Shown: positions 42,780 through 53,266, counted from the first letter of the stretch. The stretch: 58,927 nt of DNA from an uncultured Actinomycetes bacterium (GCA_963824995.1 CAWGRK010000010.1:62001-120927), one strand, 5' to 3'. Made by a program: numbers and translations. Notes: generated by a model not told the origin, from the sequence alone.

Positions 42780-44300
42780 TCAGGACTGCCCGTCGGCAGC
42801 GAACACAACCGTCTCCAGAGGCTCGATCGCCGGCCCATGGAGGACGGTCCCGTCGGCGGCGAAGCGCGAGCCGTGGCATGGGCAGTCCCAACTCTCTTCA
42901 GCTGTGTTCCAACGGACGATGCATCCGAGATGGGTACACGATGCATCGAGCAGTTGGAGTGCGCCCTCCAGATCGCGGTGAGCGGCCACTCTCCGTCCAT
43001 CGACCATGCCCACCGCCGACGAACCGGGCTCGATCGCATCGAGTTCAAGAGGATGTGAACCGCCGGTCCGGTCGCCGACGAATCGGCCGGCCACCTCGGC
43101 GTTGAAGCGGAGCATGGCGGGGACGGATCTGAGGATGCGCCGGGGGGACACCCCGGTGAACTCGGGCCACGGATGGGGACGACCCGCCACCAGATCACTG
43201 AGGATGCGGGCGGCGACCGTGCCGTTGGTCATCCCCCACTTGGCGAACCCGGTCGCTGTGTACACGGGCACCCCGACGGATGGGATTCTCCCCACCGAGG
43301 GGAGACCGGTTGCCGGAACGTAGTCCTGGGCGGACCACCGGTGGGTCACCGAAGCACCGGGGAACACAGCGCGCGCCCACTCCTCCAAGGAGTTCAGGTT
43401 GCGCACGCTGTCCGGGTGGCGGCCGGTCACGTGCCCGCCGCCGCCGACGATTACCGAATCCGCGCCAAGCGGCCGCACGGAGCGGCCGCCTGTGCCAATG
43501 CCGAGATACATGCCCGACGGAGGGTCACCCTCGATGGTTGCCGCCACTGCATATGAGGTGTTCGGCTGTGTGGCCGCGAAGTGGCCGCCCCGGTTGAGAA
43601 GGGGAAGATGGGTGGCGAGGACGACAGATCCGGCACCGAGGTCCCCCAGGCTCGTCTCGACCCGGCCGTCGCGGTGGACGTCGAGCACCGTGCACCCCGA
43701 TGTCACCGTTACGCCCTTAGCCCCGAGCAGACCAGCCAGACCGAGGCCGTAACGGCGCGGGTGGAACATGCCCTGATCAGACAGCTTGACCGCGGCCGAC
43801 ACCTGGAAAGGGAGGCCAATCTCTCCAGACTCGAGGCTGACACCGAGTCCCGCCTCTTTGGCTGCAGCCACCTCTCGCTCGATCATCTCGACCTGGGTGG
43901 AATCGGTGGTGTAGGTATAGGCGGGCGCTGCGGCCCAATCGCACTCCACCTCGGCGGCGAGACGTGCCATCTCACCCACGGCCCACTGGTTGGCGGCGGC
44001 GTACGCCTTGGCCACGTCGGCACCGAACTCGTCGAGCAGCCCGTGATAGGCGGCGCCATGGAGCGCGGTGACCTTGGCGGTCGTGTGCCCGGTGGTTCCC
44101 CCTGCCACCCGATCCCTCTCCAGCAAGGCGACCGATAGCCCCTGGTCGGCAAGACGAAGAGCCGTCGTCAGCCCGACTATTCCGGCGCCGACGATGGCCA
44201 CATCGACCGGGTTTTCTGGTAGCGATGACGACGGAGGATCCTCCCCCGATGTGGAGTCCATCCAGTACGACCGTTGCCAGCGTTCCGTGCTCAATGCCAC
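42780..44300 (-). CDS. FAD-dependent oxidoreductase with C-terminal Rieske domain (YhfW-like; start uncertain)
   Basis: GAGIVG, GTTGHTTAK, WSAQD, GFAKWG, CTHLGC and WDCPCHGSRF. Confidence 0.9.
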   Translation of the reverse strand: MALSTERWQRSYWMDSTSGEDPPSSSLPENPVDVAIVGAGIVGLTTALRLADQGLSVALLERDRVAGGTTGHTTAKVTALHGAAYHGLLDEFGADVAKAYAAANQWAVGEMARLAAEVECDWAAAPAYTYTTDSTQVEMIEREVAAAKEAGLGVSLESGEIGLPFQVSAAVKLSDQGMFHPRRYGLGLAGLLGAKGVTVTSGCTVLDVHRDGRVETSLGDLGAGSVVLATHLPLLNRGGHFAATQPNTSYAVAATIEGDPPSGMYLGIGTGGRSVRPLGADSVIVGGGGHVTGRHPDSVRNLNSLEEWARAVFPGASVTHRWSAQDYVPATGLPSVGRIPSVGVPVYTATGFAKWGMTNGTVAARILSDLVAGRPHPWPEFTGVSPRRILRSVPAMLRFNAEVAGRFVGDRTGGSHPLELDAIEPGSSAVGMVDGRRVAAHRDLEGALQLLDASCTHLGCIVRWNTAEESWDCPCHGSRFAADGTVLHGPAIEPLETVVFAADGQS

Positions 44301-44312
44301 TGAAGAGCCTTC

Positions 44313-44339
44313 GTTCCCAATCACCGCCAACCAGAAACC
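44313..44339 (-). promoter_or_regulatory. SigF/SigB-like promoter upstream of the FAD/Rieske gene
   Basis: GGTTT-N16-GGGAAC. Confidence 0.6.
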
Positions 44340-44354
44340 AAACGGATCAAGAAG

Positions 44355-46022
44355 TCAAGGCCGGCGTGGTTGGTTTGCGGCCTCGATCCTGAACCAGCGG
44401 TGATCGAACCCTTGAAGGTCAATCTCGAGCCCATTCCTCCGCTGTCGCACCTCGCCGAGCCCAGGTGACAACAGGTCGTCCAACCGATAGTCAGCCGGTA
44501 GCCGGCCGAGGTCGACCCGCGTGGTCGTCGGACTCGAGCTGAAGTTGTGTACGACGAGGACCGATCGCCCCTCCCAATCGCAACGGTGGGCCAGCACAGC
44601 GTTTTCGTCGGTATCGCACACGGTGAGAGCCCCCCACCCCAACTCGGGAGTCTCGCGACGACGCCGGATCATCTGCTCCATCCAGATGAGCATCGAATCT
44701 GGATCCCGCTCCTGGTCGGCCACGTTCACCCCCATCGGCCCGAATCTCCCTGATGGGGGCTGGCGCCTCAGCCGACTCGGGTTCGCCGAAGAGAACCCGC
44801 CGTTCCGGTCGCTCGACCACTGCATCGGCGTCCGGACGCTGAGCCTCCCCGGCACGGACAAGTTCTCACCCATTCCGATCTCCTCTCCGTAAAAGAGCAC
44901 CGGCGTACCCGGGAGGGAGAGCAGGAGGCTATAGGTCATCCGCATCCGCTCGGAGTTACCGTCGAGCATCGGGGGAAGACGCCGCCGCAATCCGCGACCG
45001 AACAGCTGCATGCCCTCTTCCGGACCGAAGACGTCGGCGACCTCGCCCTGCTGGTTTTCGGTCAGCTGGTCGAGGGTGAGCTCGTCATGGTTGCGGACGA
45101 AGTTGGCCCATTGACACTCGGGTGGGATTGTGGGCAACTGTTTTAGCTGCCGTGCTAGCGGCCGGGCATCCTCGCGGGCCAGGGCGAGATACATCCGCTG
45201 CATGACGGGGAAGTTGAACAGCATGTGGAGCTGGTCGCCGGGATGCCCCCCGAAGAACTTGGTCAGCGGCTTCGGCGGCAGGTTGACCTCGCCGAGCAAC
45301 ACGGCCCCGCCGTTGCGCCGCGAGATGAAGGACCGGAGGTCCTTGAGGAGCTCGTGCGGGTCGAGGCCTGCATCCTGTGCCCCTTCCTCGAGCAGGAACG
45401 GGACGGCGTCAATGCGGAAGCCGTCCACACCGAGTTCCATCCAGAAGCCGGCGATTTTCTCGATTTCGGCGCGCACCACTGGGTTGGCGTAGTTGAGGTC
45501 GGGCTGATGTGCGTAGAAGTGGTGTAGGTACCACTGCCCGGCCCGTTCATCCCAGCTCCAGATGCTGTCCTCCGCATCGGGGAACACGATGTTGGGAGCG
45601 GGGCCCGGCGGCGGCTCGTCGCGCCACACGTAGTAGTCGCGAAAAGGCGAAGACCGGCTAGCGCGGGCTTGCCTGAACCAGGGATGGCGATCAGAAGTGT
45701 GATTCACCACCAGGTCGATGATGACCCGAAGTCCCCTGTCCTTGGCGGTGCGGATGAGGACGACGAAATCTCCCAGCGTTCCCAACGACTTGTCGACCCC
45801 ATAGAAGTCGGCAATGTCGTACCCATCGTCGCGGCCCGGCGATGGGTAGAAGGGCATCAACCAGAGACAGGTGACCCCGAGATCGGCGAGGTATTCGATT
45901 CGCTCGATCAGACCGGTCAAGTCGCCCCAGCCGTCGCCGTTGCTGTCGTAAAAGGTCTCAACGTCCAGGCAATAGATGACAGCGTTCTTCCACCACAGGT
46001 CGCTCATCTGAGCGAGGCTCAT
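44355..46022 (-). CDS. GH13 trehalose synthase (TreS)-like alpha-amylase family protein
   Basis: LWWKNAVIY, DDGYD, DLVVNHTS, QPDLN, GFRIDAVP, LLGEVN, NFVRNHDELTL. Confidence 0.85.
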   Translation of the reverse strand: MSLAQMSDLWWKNAVIYCLDVETFYDSNGDGWGDLTGLIERIEYLADLGVTCLWLMPFYPSPGRDDGYDIADFYGVDKSLGTLGDFVVLIRTAKDRGLRVIIDLVVNHTSDRHPWFRQARASRSSPFRDYYVWRDEPPPGPAPNIVFPDAEDSIWSWDERAGQWYLHHFYAHQPDLNYANPVVRAEIEKIAGFWMELGVDGFRIDAVPFLLEEGAQDAGLDPHELLKDLRSFISRRNGGAVLLGEVNLPPKPLTKFFGGHPGDQLHMLFNFPVMQRMYLALAREDARPLARQLKQLPTIPPECQWANFVRNHDELTLDQLTENQQGEVADVFGPEEGMQLFGRGLRRRLPPMLDGNSERMRMTYSLLLSLPGTPVLFYGEEIGMGENLSVPGRLSVRTPMQWSSDRNGGFSSANPSRLRRQPPSGRFGPMGVNVADQERDPDSMLIWMEQMIRRRRETPELGWGALTVCDTDENAVLAHRCDWEGRSVLVVHNFSSSPTTTRVDLGRLPADYRLDDLLSPGLGEVRQRRNGLEIDLQGFDHRWFRIEAANQPRRP

Positions 46023-46980
46023 CGCCCCACCTCGCCGAGCACGCGTGCACCGAAGGTCTCGACGAACCGCTCCTGGTCAGGTCCGACCTGGTGGAGAAAT
46101 AGACCATCGAACCCGAGGTTGCAAAATTCGGTGAGCCAGGCGGTGTGGCGGCCGAGGTCGCAGGAGACGAGAACGCTCTTGGTCACGTCCTCGGGACGAA
46201 CGAACCGGGCGGCTTCGTCGAACTGTGCGGGTGTCTCAAGCTCCCAAGCCAGTTCGCTCCCGAAGGTATTTGTGGCCCATTGTTCGTGGGCGAGGTGCAG
46301 GGCCTCCGCCTCAGATTCTGCCCATGAGAGATGCACCTGGAGATAGGCACGCTTCTCTTCCCCCCACCCCGACGGAACGCGTCGAGAACCCGCTTGAGGT
46401 CGTCGGTCGGTTGGAGCACCGTGATCAGACCGTCCGCCCAACCTCCCACCCGTTCGGCTGTGGCGGCGCTGACGGCTGCGCCTACCAGGTCGGGCAGCTT
46501 GGCCGGCAGACTCCAAACCCGTGCCCGGTCGACCTCGACCAAACCGATGTGGTCCACCTCCTCTCCACGCAGCAGACGGCGAATCACCGAGACACACTCC
46601 AGCAGCCGTTCATCGCGCAGCGACTTGGTAATCCAGGGGTCGCCCGTGACGTGCTCGTTGATCGCCTCGCCTGAACCGAGCGCCGCCCAAAACCGACCGG
46701 GGAACATCTCGGCGAGCGTGGCGATGGCCTGAGCCACTATCACCGGGTGGTACCGCTGGCCAGGGGCATTGACGACCCCGAAAGGCAGCGAGGTGGCCTG
46801 GAGAGCCGCGCCCAGCCATGACCAGGCGAAGCCAGACTGACCTTGGCGCGCGCTCCAGGGCGCCAGGTGATCCGAGCACATCGCCGCTTCGAACCCTGCA
46901 GCCTCAGCAGCAATCACGGAACGAAGCAGGACGCTCGGCGGAAGCTGCTCGTGCGATGCGTGGAACCCAATGAACGCCAT
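46019..46980 (-). CDS. LLM-class flavin oxidoreductase (TIGR03885-like; one apparent frameshift)
   Basis: IGFHASHEQ, MCSDH..PWS..QGQSGFAWSWLGAA, NAPGQRYHP, GSGEAINE. Confidence 0.85.
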
Positions 46981-46996
46981 CAATGCCCCGCCTCGA

Positions 46997-47221
46997 TCAA
47001 GGTTCGGTACCAAGCGGGTCCAAGCCCAGGTCCGCAGGGTCCATGCCGCGCCGCGCCATCTCCTCCACGATCTCTTCGAGTGATGCACCGCCGGCATCGC
47101 CCTCCGGCCCGGACGAGTGGGGGTTCTCCGACTCGGCTCGCACCAACCGGTACTGATCGATCAGTTCCTGGTCGGACCACTGGCCGACTGACCGCCCGCC
47201 GTCGTCGTCTGAGGCGCCCAC
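46997..47221 (-). CDS. Small acidic hypothetical protein
   Basis: GAGGAG RBS before GTG; WSDQELIDQYR...EEMARRG; first gene of the LLM-treS unit. Confidence 0.55.
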   Translation of the reverse strand: MGASDDDGGRSVGQWSDQELIDQYRLVRAESENPHSSGPEGDAGGASLEEIVEEMARRGMDPADLGLDPLGTEP

Positions 47222-47281
47222 GCTTCTCCTCTCGGTCGCTGTACTGGGGCAATATTCCGGCTGCATTCTGACCGTCCACCA

Positions 47282-47308
47282 GGATTCGACAACCCAACGG
47301 GGGGGTAG
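47282..47308 (+). promoter_or_regulatory. SigF-like promoter upstream of the F420 LLM gene
   Basis: GGATT-N16-GGGTAG. Confidence 0.65.
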
Positions 47309-47337
47309 GGACGGCCAACACGTTGAAAGGAACGGCC

Positions 47338-48312
47338 TTGCGCATCGACTTCGGCCTCACTCTGTCGAGCGAAGAGCACCCCCCGGGCAGGCTGGTCGAG
47401 ATGGCCACCCTGGCCGAGAAGGCCGGGTTCGACTTCGTCTCGATATCCGACCACTACCACCCCTGGGTCAATGCGCAGGGGCATTCGCCATTTGTCTGGA
47501 GCGTGCTCGGTGGCATCTCACAGGTCACAGAGTCGATCGATGTCGGTGTGGGCGTCACCTGTCCGACGATGCGTATCCACCCCGCCATCCTCGCCCAGGC
47601 GACTGCGACCACCGCCAACCTCTTGCCGGACCGTTTCGTCTGGGGCGTGGGAACCGGCGAAGCGCTCAACGAGCACATCCTCGCCGATCGCTGGCCGCCC
47701 ATCGAGATTCGGCTCGAGATGCTCGAGGAAGCGATCGAACTGATCCGAACGCTCTGGGAGGGCGAAACCGTCAACCACTGGGGCGACTACTACACGGTCG
47801 AGGATGCCCGGATCTACGACCCGCCACCGGGCCCCATCCCGGTGATTGTGTCCGCATTCGGTCCGAAGGCGGCCTCGGTCGCCGCCCGCATAGGCGATGG
47901 GCTGTGGACCACCGGCACCGACGACAACACGGTCGACGAGTTTCGGTCGGAAGGTGGGTCCGGTCCCGTCTTCGCCCAGTTGAGCCTTTGCCACGCCTCA
48001 TCCAAGGAGAAGGCCGTCGAAACGGCTTTCAGCACCTGGCCCAACAGCGGCGTTCCCGGGCAGTTGAGCCAGGACCTACCCACTCCGACCCATTTCGAGC
48101 AGGCCTCGGAGAACGTGACACCCGAGATGATCGCCGAGTCCATCCCATGCGGACCGGACGCGGCGCCGATGCTGGAGTCGGTGGACCAGGCGATCGATGC
48201 CGGTGCCGACCACATCTACTTCCACCAGATCGGCCCCGACCAGGAGGGCTTCATCGAGTTCTGGAAGAAGGAGCTCGAACCAGAGTTGGCCAGCCGAAGA
48301 GACCGGAATTAG
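47338..48312 (+). CDS. F420-dependent LLM oxidoreductase, G6PDH family (TIGR03557-like)
   Basis: LSSEEH, ISDHYHPW, GHSPFVW, GVTCPT.RIHP, GTGEALNEH, HQIGPDQ. Confidence 0.88.
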   Translation: MRIDFGLTLSSEEHPPGRLVEMATLAEKAGFDFVSISDHYHPWVNAQGHSPFVWSVLGGISQVTESIDVGVGVTCPTMRIHPAILAQATATTANLLPDRFVWGVGTGEALNEHILADRWPPIEIRLEMLEEAIELIRTLWEGETVNHWGDYYTVEDARIYDPPPGPIPVIVSAFGPKAASVAARIGDGLWTTGTDDNTVDEFRSEGGSGPVFAQLSLCHASSKEKAVETAFSTWPNSGVPGQLSQDLPTPTHFEQASENVTPEMIAESIPCGPDAAPMLESVDQAIDAGADHIYFHQIGPDQEGFIEFWKKELEPELASRRDRN

Positions 48313-48326
48313 CCGATCAGGCTGCA

Positions 48327-48863
48327 TCAACCCAGCGCAGCGACGGCGGCTTCCAGCCTGAGAGCATCGATCGCGTCGACATCCTCGTCGGCGCGCCTGG
48401 CGCGCAGGCGGAGATCGGCCATATCCCAGTCGGGGTACGAGGTCTCGGCGAGTTGAGTCATGGTCAACCACAACCTCTTTCGCCCTTCAACCGCAAGAGA
48501 CATTGCCTCGAGTTCGAGCAGCGGCGTCAACGGTGATTTCCCCACCAGCCGACCATTGAGCTTGAGCCGTCCAAGCCGTTCCGCCACGGTCGCGGCCAGT
48601 TCCTTCGAGCGGTGACGCCTCGCCCCGATCGCACCCATAAGGTGGAGCAGCCTCCTCCTGTCCTCTTCGATGTGATCCACGAGGTCGCTCAGCGCCAACC
48701 CCATTGGTCCACCCTGCCGGACGATCCGTTCGGCAAGTGCCGCACCCCCTACCGAACCTGCGTGATGGTCGGCGAGGTAGATGCGCAACAATTCGATCCG
48801 ATCGGGAGTGTTTGGGTCGGCTTGCTCGTCTTGCGACGAGGCTTCGTTTTCGGGTCGGGTCAC
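48327..48863 (-). CDS. Conserved hypothetical helical protein
   Basis: LRIYLADHHAGS...EEDR...ERLGRLKLNG...SPL..LLELE; preceded by a SigF-like promoter. Confidence 0.65.
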   Translation of the reverse strand: MTRPENEASSQDEQADPNTPDRIELLRIYLADHHAGSVGGAALAERIVRQGGPMGLALSDLVDHIEEDRRRLLHLMGAIGARRHRSKELAATVAERLGRLKLNGRLVGKSPLTPLLELEAMSLAVEGRKRLWLTMTQLAETSYPDWDMADLRLRARRADEDVDAIDALRLEAAVAALG

Positions 48864-48894
48864 TGTCGGGCTCCGTATCGGCTGGTCAGTTGAG

Positions 48895-48921
48895 ATTCCC
48901 CTTCTGGAAGCCGGGCAAACG
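48895..48921 (-). promoter_or_regulatory. SigF/SigB-like promoter upstream of the hypothetical gene
   Basis: CGTTT-N16-GGGAAT. Confidence 0.6.
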
Positions 48922-48980
48922 AGGCAAGGCTCCGCTCCACGAGGCCGCCCTCCACGACTCCCACTCAGACCCCATCTAAC

Positions 48981-50633
48981 GTGACGGCCACGATGCCGGC
49001 GCCGCTTCCAGGTTTGATGCAGCGGCATCCGCTCGATGTCGGGATGGTGCTGCGAAGAGCGGCGACCGTCCACGGCCTGAAGAAGGTGATCTCGGTCGAG
49101 CCGGGTGGCCTCCACTCCCAGACTTGGGCCGAGACCGCCACGCGGGTGGGGCGGCTGGGAAACGCCCTCCGCTCGCTGGGAGTCACGGCCGGGGACCGCG
49201 TCGGCTCGTTCGGCTGGAACACACACCGTCATCTCGAGCTGTATTACGCCGTGCCCATGTCAGGGGCGGTATTGACGACGCTCAACATCCGGCTCCACCC
49301 GCCTGACGTGGCATGGGTGGCCAACCACGCCGCGATCGAAGTCGTATTCGTGGATGCCGGTCTCACCGACGCTTTCGCCGCCGTTCGCCGCGACCTCCCT
49401 TCGCTCCGGCATGTGGTCGTCATGGGAGGCGAAGCGTCCGATCCCGGCCTCGGCGAGCACCTGCGGTACGAGGAGCTTCTCGACGCTGAAGGCTCTGAAA
49501 TCGATTGGCCCGATCTCGATGAGAACACCGCCGCCGTGTTGTGTTACACGAGCGGCACCACCGGGCAACCGAAGGGGGTCCTCTACTCGCACCGCTCCGA
49601 GGTGCTCCACGCCCTCGGCGCTCTTGGTGCGGACTCACATGCCATCGCAGAACGGGATGTGGTCTTGTCGCTGGCGCCCCTGTTCCATGCCAACAGCTGG
49701 GGCCTGGCGTACTCAACCGCCCTGGCCGGATCGACGCTGGTGCTCCCCGGGCGCGATCTGTCGCCTGCCGCCGTGGTCGGACTGATCGAACGGCTCGACG
49801 TGACGGTCGCAGCGGCGATACCCACCGTCTGGATCAACGTCGATCGCTGGCTTGGCGAGCACCCCGATAGAGGGCTCGGTCGGCTCGAGCGGATCATCTG
49901 TGGCGGTGCTGCGGTCACCGAGGACCTCATCGCCCGCTTCGGGAGACGTGGGGTCCGGATTTCGCAGGCTTGGGGTATGACCGAGATGTCACCGGGGGGG
50001 ACCGTGTCGATGGTCCGAGCCGCTTTCGCCGACTCGCCTGATGAGGAGAAGCGGCGACTGCTCGCCCTCCCCGGCGTCGCCGTGCCCGGTGTCGAGCTTC
50101 GGGTGGTGGACGACGAAGGGAGCCCACTCCCCCGCGACGGGTCATCGGCCGGAGAGTTGGAGGCGCGTGGACCCTGGGTTGCCGCCGCCTACTACCTACC
50201 GGACGACCTATCCAACGAGGAACGCTTTCACGAAGGATGGCTGCGCACCGGCGATATCGCCACTATCGATGAGTGGGGATACCTGAGGATCGTCGACCGG
50301 GTCAAGGATGTGGTCAAGTCGGGCGGGGAGTGGATCAGCAGCCTCGAGTTGGAGAACCACCTCGCCGATCATCCCGACGTTGTCGAAGCCGCCGTCATCG
50401 GGGTGAGCCATGCCACCTGGCAGGAACGGCCGATAGCCCTCCTGGTCCTCCGCTCGGGGAGCGACCTGGACCCGGATGAGATCCGAACCTTCCTTGGTGG
50501 CCGGGTCGCATCGTGGTGGATCCCCGATCGGTTCATCGCAGTTGACGAGATCCCCCACACGGCTGTGGGGAAGACCGACAAGCGGGCGCTCCGCTCTGCA
50601 TACGCCACGACGCTCGAGGAGGACCGAGGATGA
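48981..50633 (+). CDS. Medium/long-chain fatty-acid--CoA ligase
   Basis: [14 protein letters not shown]-binding motif, [25 protein letters not shown]. Confidence 0.9.
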   Translation: MTATMPAPLPGLMQRHPLDVGMVLRRAATVHGLKKVISVEPGGLHSQTWAETATRVGRLGNALRSLGVTAGDRVGSFGWNTHRHLELYYAVPMSGAVLTTLNIRLHPPDVAWVANHAAIEVVFVDAGLTDAFAAVRRDLPSLRHVVVMGGEASDPGLGEHLRYEELLDAEGSEIDWPDLDENTAAVLCYTSGTTGQPKGVLYSHRSEVLHALGALGADSHAIAERDVVLSLAPLFHANSWGLAYSTALAGSTLVLPGRDLSPAAVVGLIERLDVTVAAAIPTVWINVDRWLGEHPDRGLGRLERIICGGAAVTEDLIARFGRRGVRISQAWGMTEMSPGGTVSMVRAAFADSPDEEKRRLLALPGVAVPGVELRVVDDEGSPLPRDGSSAGELEARGPWVAAAYYLPDDLSNEERFHEGWLRTGDIATIDEWGYLRIVDRVKDVVKSGGEWISSLELENHLADHPDVVEAAVIGVSHATWQERPIALLVLRSGSDLDPDEIRTFLGGRVASWWIPDRFIAVDEIPHTAVGKTDKRALRSAYATTLEEDRG

Positions 50634-51826
50634 ACATCGCCTTCAGAGCGGCCGCTATCCCCGTCCGGCTGGCCTGGTCGTCCCCGTTCTCTCGCTGGCA
50701 GGGACCGCTCGCCGATATGTCCGCCCTCGACCTTGGCGCCGATGTGACCACCCGGGCGTTGCGTCAGCGCGATTTCGACCCGTCATCGATCGACCGATTG
50801 GTTCTCGGGATCACCACCCCTCAACTCGGTGGCTTCTACGGCGCCCCGACCATGGCCGCAAGGATCGGGGCAACCGAAATAAGTGGCCCGATGATCGCCC
50901 AAGCGTGTGCCACCTCGGCGGCGTGCATCGAGGCGGCGGCTCTCCATTCGGAATCGTCACCCGACTCGATCGACCTCGTCCTGACCACCGACCGGACGAG
51001 CAACTCGCCTTTGGTCGTCTATCCGTCGAATACGGCGACCGGTGGCGAGCCCGACCGCGAGCACTGGTTCCTCGACAACATCCGTCGCGACCCCTGGGCG
51101 GGCAAGTCGATGCTGGAGACCGCCGAGCGGGTAGCCGATCTAGCCGCTATCACACGCGAGGAGATCGACGACCTCACCCTGCTGCGGTACGAGCAGTACC
51201 GCACCGCCCTTGCCGGCGACCGCGCCTTCCAGCGCAAATTCATGGTCCCGGTCGAAGTGCCCGGTCGGCGTGGTGCGGTAGAGGTCGGCGAGGACGTCGG
51301 CGTGTATGACACCACCGCCGAGGGTCTTGCAAAGCTCGACCCAGCCGTCCCAGGCGGGGTGGTCACATACGGCTCGCAGACCCACCCCGCCGACGGAACC
51401 GCCGGGATGATCGTCACCGGGCACGAACAGGCTCGTGAGCTATCCAAAGGACATGGTGTCGCCCGCATCCTCGGCAGCGGGTTCGCCCGCGTCGGCCGGT
51501 CGGAGATGCCAAAGGCACCGGTGCCGGCGGCCCAAGCCGCCCTCGCCGCTGCTGGCATCGAGATAGCGCAGGTGGACGCGGTAACCACCCACAACCCGTT
51601 CGCGGTCAACGATCTTTGGTTCTCCAGCCAGACCGGGTTCCCCGTGGAGCGGATGAATGTCCACGGGAGCAGCCTGGTCTACGGGCACCCCCACGCCCCC
51701 ACCGGGGCCCGGCTGGTGGTCGAACTGATCCAGACACTGGTGGAGCGGGGCGGTGGGGTCGGGCTTTTCACCGGGTGCGCCGCCGGGGACACCGGCGCGG
51801 CGCTGGTCGTACGTGTGGAGGACTGA
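50630..51826 (+). CDS. Thiolase family protein (atypical motifs)
   Basis: QACATS, THPADG, THNPFA, GHPHAPTG, TGCAAG; ATGA overlap with the ligase gene. Confidence 0.85.
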   Translation: MNIAFRAAAIPVRLAWSSPFSRWQGPLADMSALDLGADVTTRALRQRDFDPSSIDRLVLGITTPQLGGFYGAPTMAARIGATEISGPMIAQACATSAACIEAAALHSESSPDSIDLVLTTDRTSNSPLVVYPSNTATGGEPDREHWFLDNIRRDPWAGKSMLETAERVADLAAITREEIDDLTLLRYEQYRTALAGDRAFQRKFMVPVEVPGRRGAVEVGEDVGVYDTTAEGLAKLDPAVPGGVVTYGSQTHPADGTAGMIVTGHEQARELSKGHGVARILGSGFARVGRSEMPKAPVPAAQAALAAAGIEIAQVDAVTTHNPFAVNDLWFSSQTGFPVERMNVHGSSLVYGHPHAPTGARLVVELIQTLVERGGGVGLFTGCAAGDTGAALVVRVED

Positions 51827-51848
51827 GCAATAGCTCAGGTCAAGTCGG

Positions 51849-52580
51849 TCAGTTCAAGTCGGTTTGGGCCACGAAACGCTCCAGCACCTCGCGGTCCCCG
51901 TAGATCTCGCCCACGTCGATCGGCAACCGGCGGTAGAAGATGAGCAGCAAGTCGGACGCCGTCGCTCGCAGCGCCGCGTCACCCTTTCCGTGGGTTCGCT
52001 CCACTTCGAGCGATCCGTCGTCCCGCTCGTAGATCATCCATTCGCCGTCGGCATCGGTTGGGTGCGTGTGGACAGACCCGCCCATGGCGGCCGCGCCATC
52101 GATGCGCGACGGTGTGGAGAACTCGAGAAACTCATCGACCGCGTCGGCCGCAATGGCGGGGTCGATGGCGAATTCCCGCCCCGCTGCGTTCTCGGCGTCC
52201 CATCGGTGCACCGCCGCCTCCTGTGCCTGGTGACGAATCACGAAGGCAACGTCCTTCTGCGTCGCCCACGTCCAGACCGGCTCGCTCGGATCCGGATTAC
52301 GCAACACACCGACCAAATCGGCGGCTCCCTGTCGGAAGGCATCGAGCAACTCGGCGAAGTCCTCCGGTTGGTCGAGCTCCTCTGGCACCTCAGAAGGATC
52401 CTGCAATCGACGTTCGACGATGGTCCGCCAGAAATCGTGCACTTCGTGGAGATGAGCCACCAGCTCGCGGACCGTCCATCCAGGGCAGCTTGCCACCCTA
52501 TTGTCCGGACCGGCATCGGCGGCGGCGGCGGCGAACCCGGCCGAGTCGCGCTCGATCGAGCCGAGGTAATCGAGGTCCAT
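51849..52580 (-). CDS. MDMPI (maleylpyruvate isomerase) family protein
   Basis: VASCPGWTVRELVAHL, RHQAQEAAVHRWDAE, ADAVDEFL, ATASDLLL. Confidence 0.85.
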   Translation of the reverse strand: MDLDYLGSIERDSAGFAAAAADAGPDNRVASCPGWTVRELVAHLHEVHDFWRTIVERRLQDPSEVPEELDQPEDFAELLDAFRQGAADLVGVLRNPDPSEPVWTWATQKDVAFVIRHQAQEAAVHRWDAENAAGREFAIDPAIAADAVDEFLEFSTPSRIDGAAAMGGSVHTHPTDADGEWMIYERDDGSLEVERTHGKGDAALRATASDLLLIFYRRLPIDVGEIYGDREVLERFVAQTDLN

Positions 52581-52672
52581 CGGCTCGGATCGTAAACGGA
52601 TGACGGCACTCGCAGGGAGCATGCTCGTAGACTCCGACACCTCGGGACGAGCTGCAAACAGGAGGGTGTCCT

Positions 52673-53266
52673 ATGTTCTGGTTGGGGCTACTCCTCGTTG
52701 CCTGTGGCGTGTTCCTGCTCGTTTACGGAACGATGCTGTTCCGCTTCGCCATCGCCGTCGCCGGTTTCGTGGTTGGGTTCGCTCTCGGCTGGTGGCTCCT
52801 AGAGTCGGCCACCGACGCCGCCCAGATCATCGTGGCATTCGCCCTTGGTGGGGGACTCGCCATCGTTGGGTACGCGGTGGTCCGGATCGGCGTGTATTTG
52901 GCCGGCGGGCTTCTCGGATCGATGGCGGCGCTCCTCGTCCTCTCGTTTCTCAACATCACGTCGTCGGTGGTCAACGTGCTGTTGGTCCTTGCCGCAGCAG
53001 TGGCGGTGGGGTTCTTCGCCCGGAGCCTCGGCTTATGGCTCACCATTTTGGCGACAAGTGCCGCCGGCGCCTACGCCATCGTCTACGGATTGAGCCGGAT
53101 GTTCCCCGACTCCACTCAGATCGAGGATCTCGAATCGGCGAAGATACCGATGACCGGCGCGGCCTTCACGATATTGATCCTGACGTTTGCCATCGGCTTC
53201 CTCTCGCAATGGACCCTTGCCCGAATACAGCGCCGGTTCGTGGACAGTGGTCCCGGCCAGGTGTGA
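52673..53266 (+). CDS. Multi-pass membrane protein (DUF4203-like)
   Basis: About 7 TM segments, Gly-rich helices, ATSAAGA motif; AGGAGG RBS. Confidence 0.7.
   Translation: MFWLGLLLVACGVFLLVYGTMLFRFAIAVAGFVVGFALGWWLLESATDAAQIIVAFALGGGLAIVGYAVVRIGVYLAGGLLGSMAALLVLSFLNITSSVVNVLLVLAAAVAVGFFARSLGLWLTILATSAAGAYAIVYGLSRMFPDSTQIEDLESAKIPMTGAAFTILILTFAIGFLSQWTLARIQRRFVDSGPGQV

Noticed and set aside
36777..48921. Prophage or integrative mobile element
   Set aside because: No integrase, transposase, phage genes, att repeats or tRNA boundary; the catalytic-Tyr enzyme has topoisomerase IB motifs.
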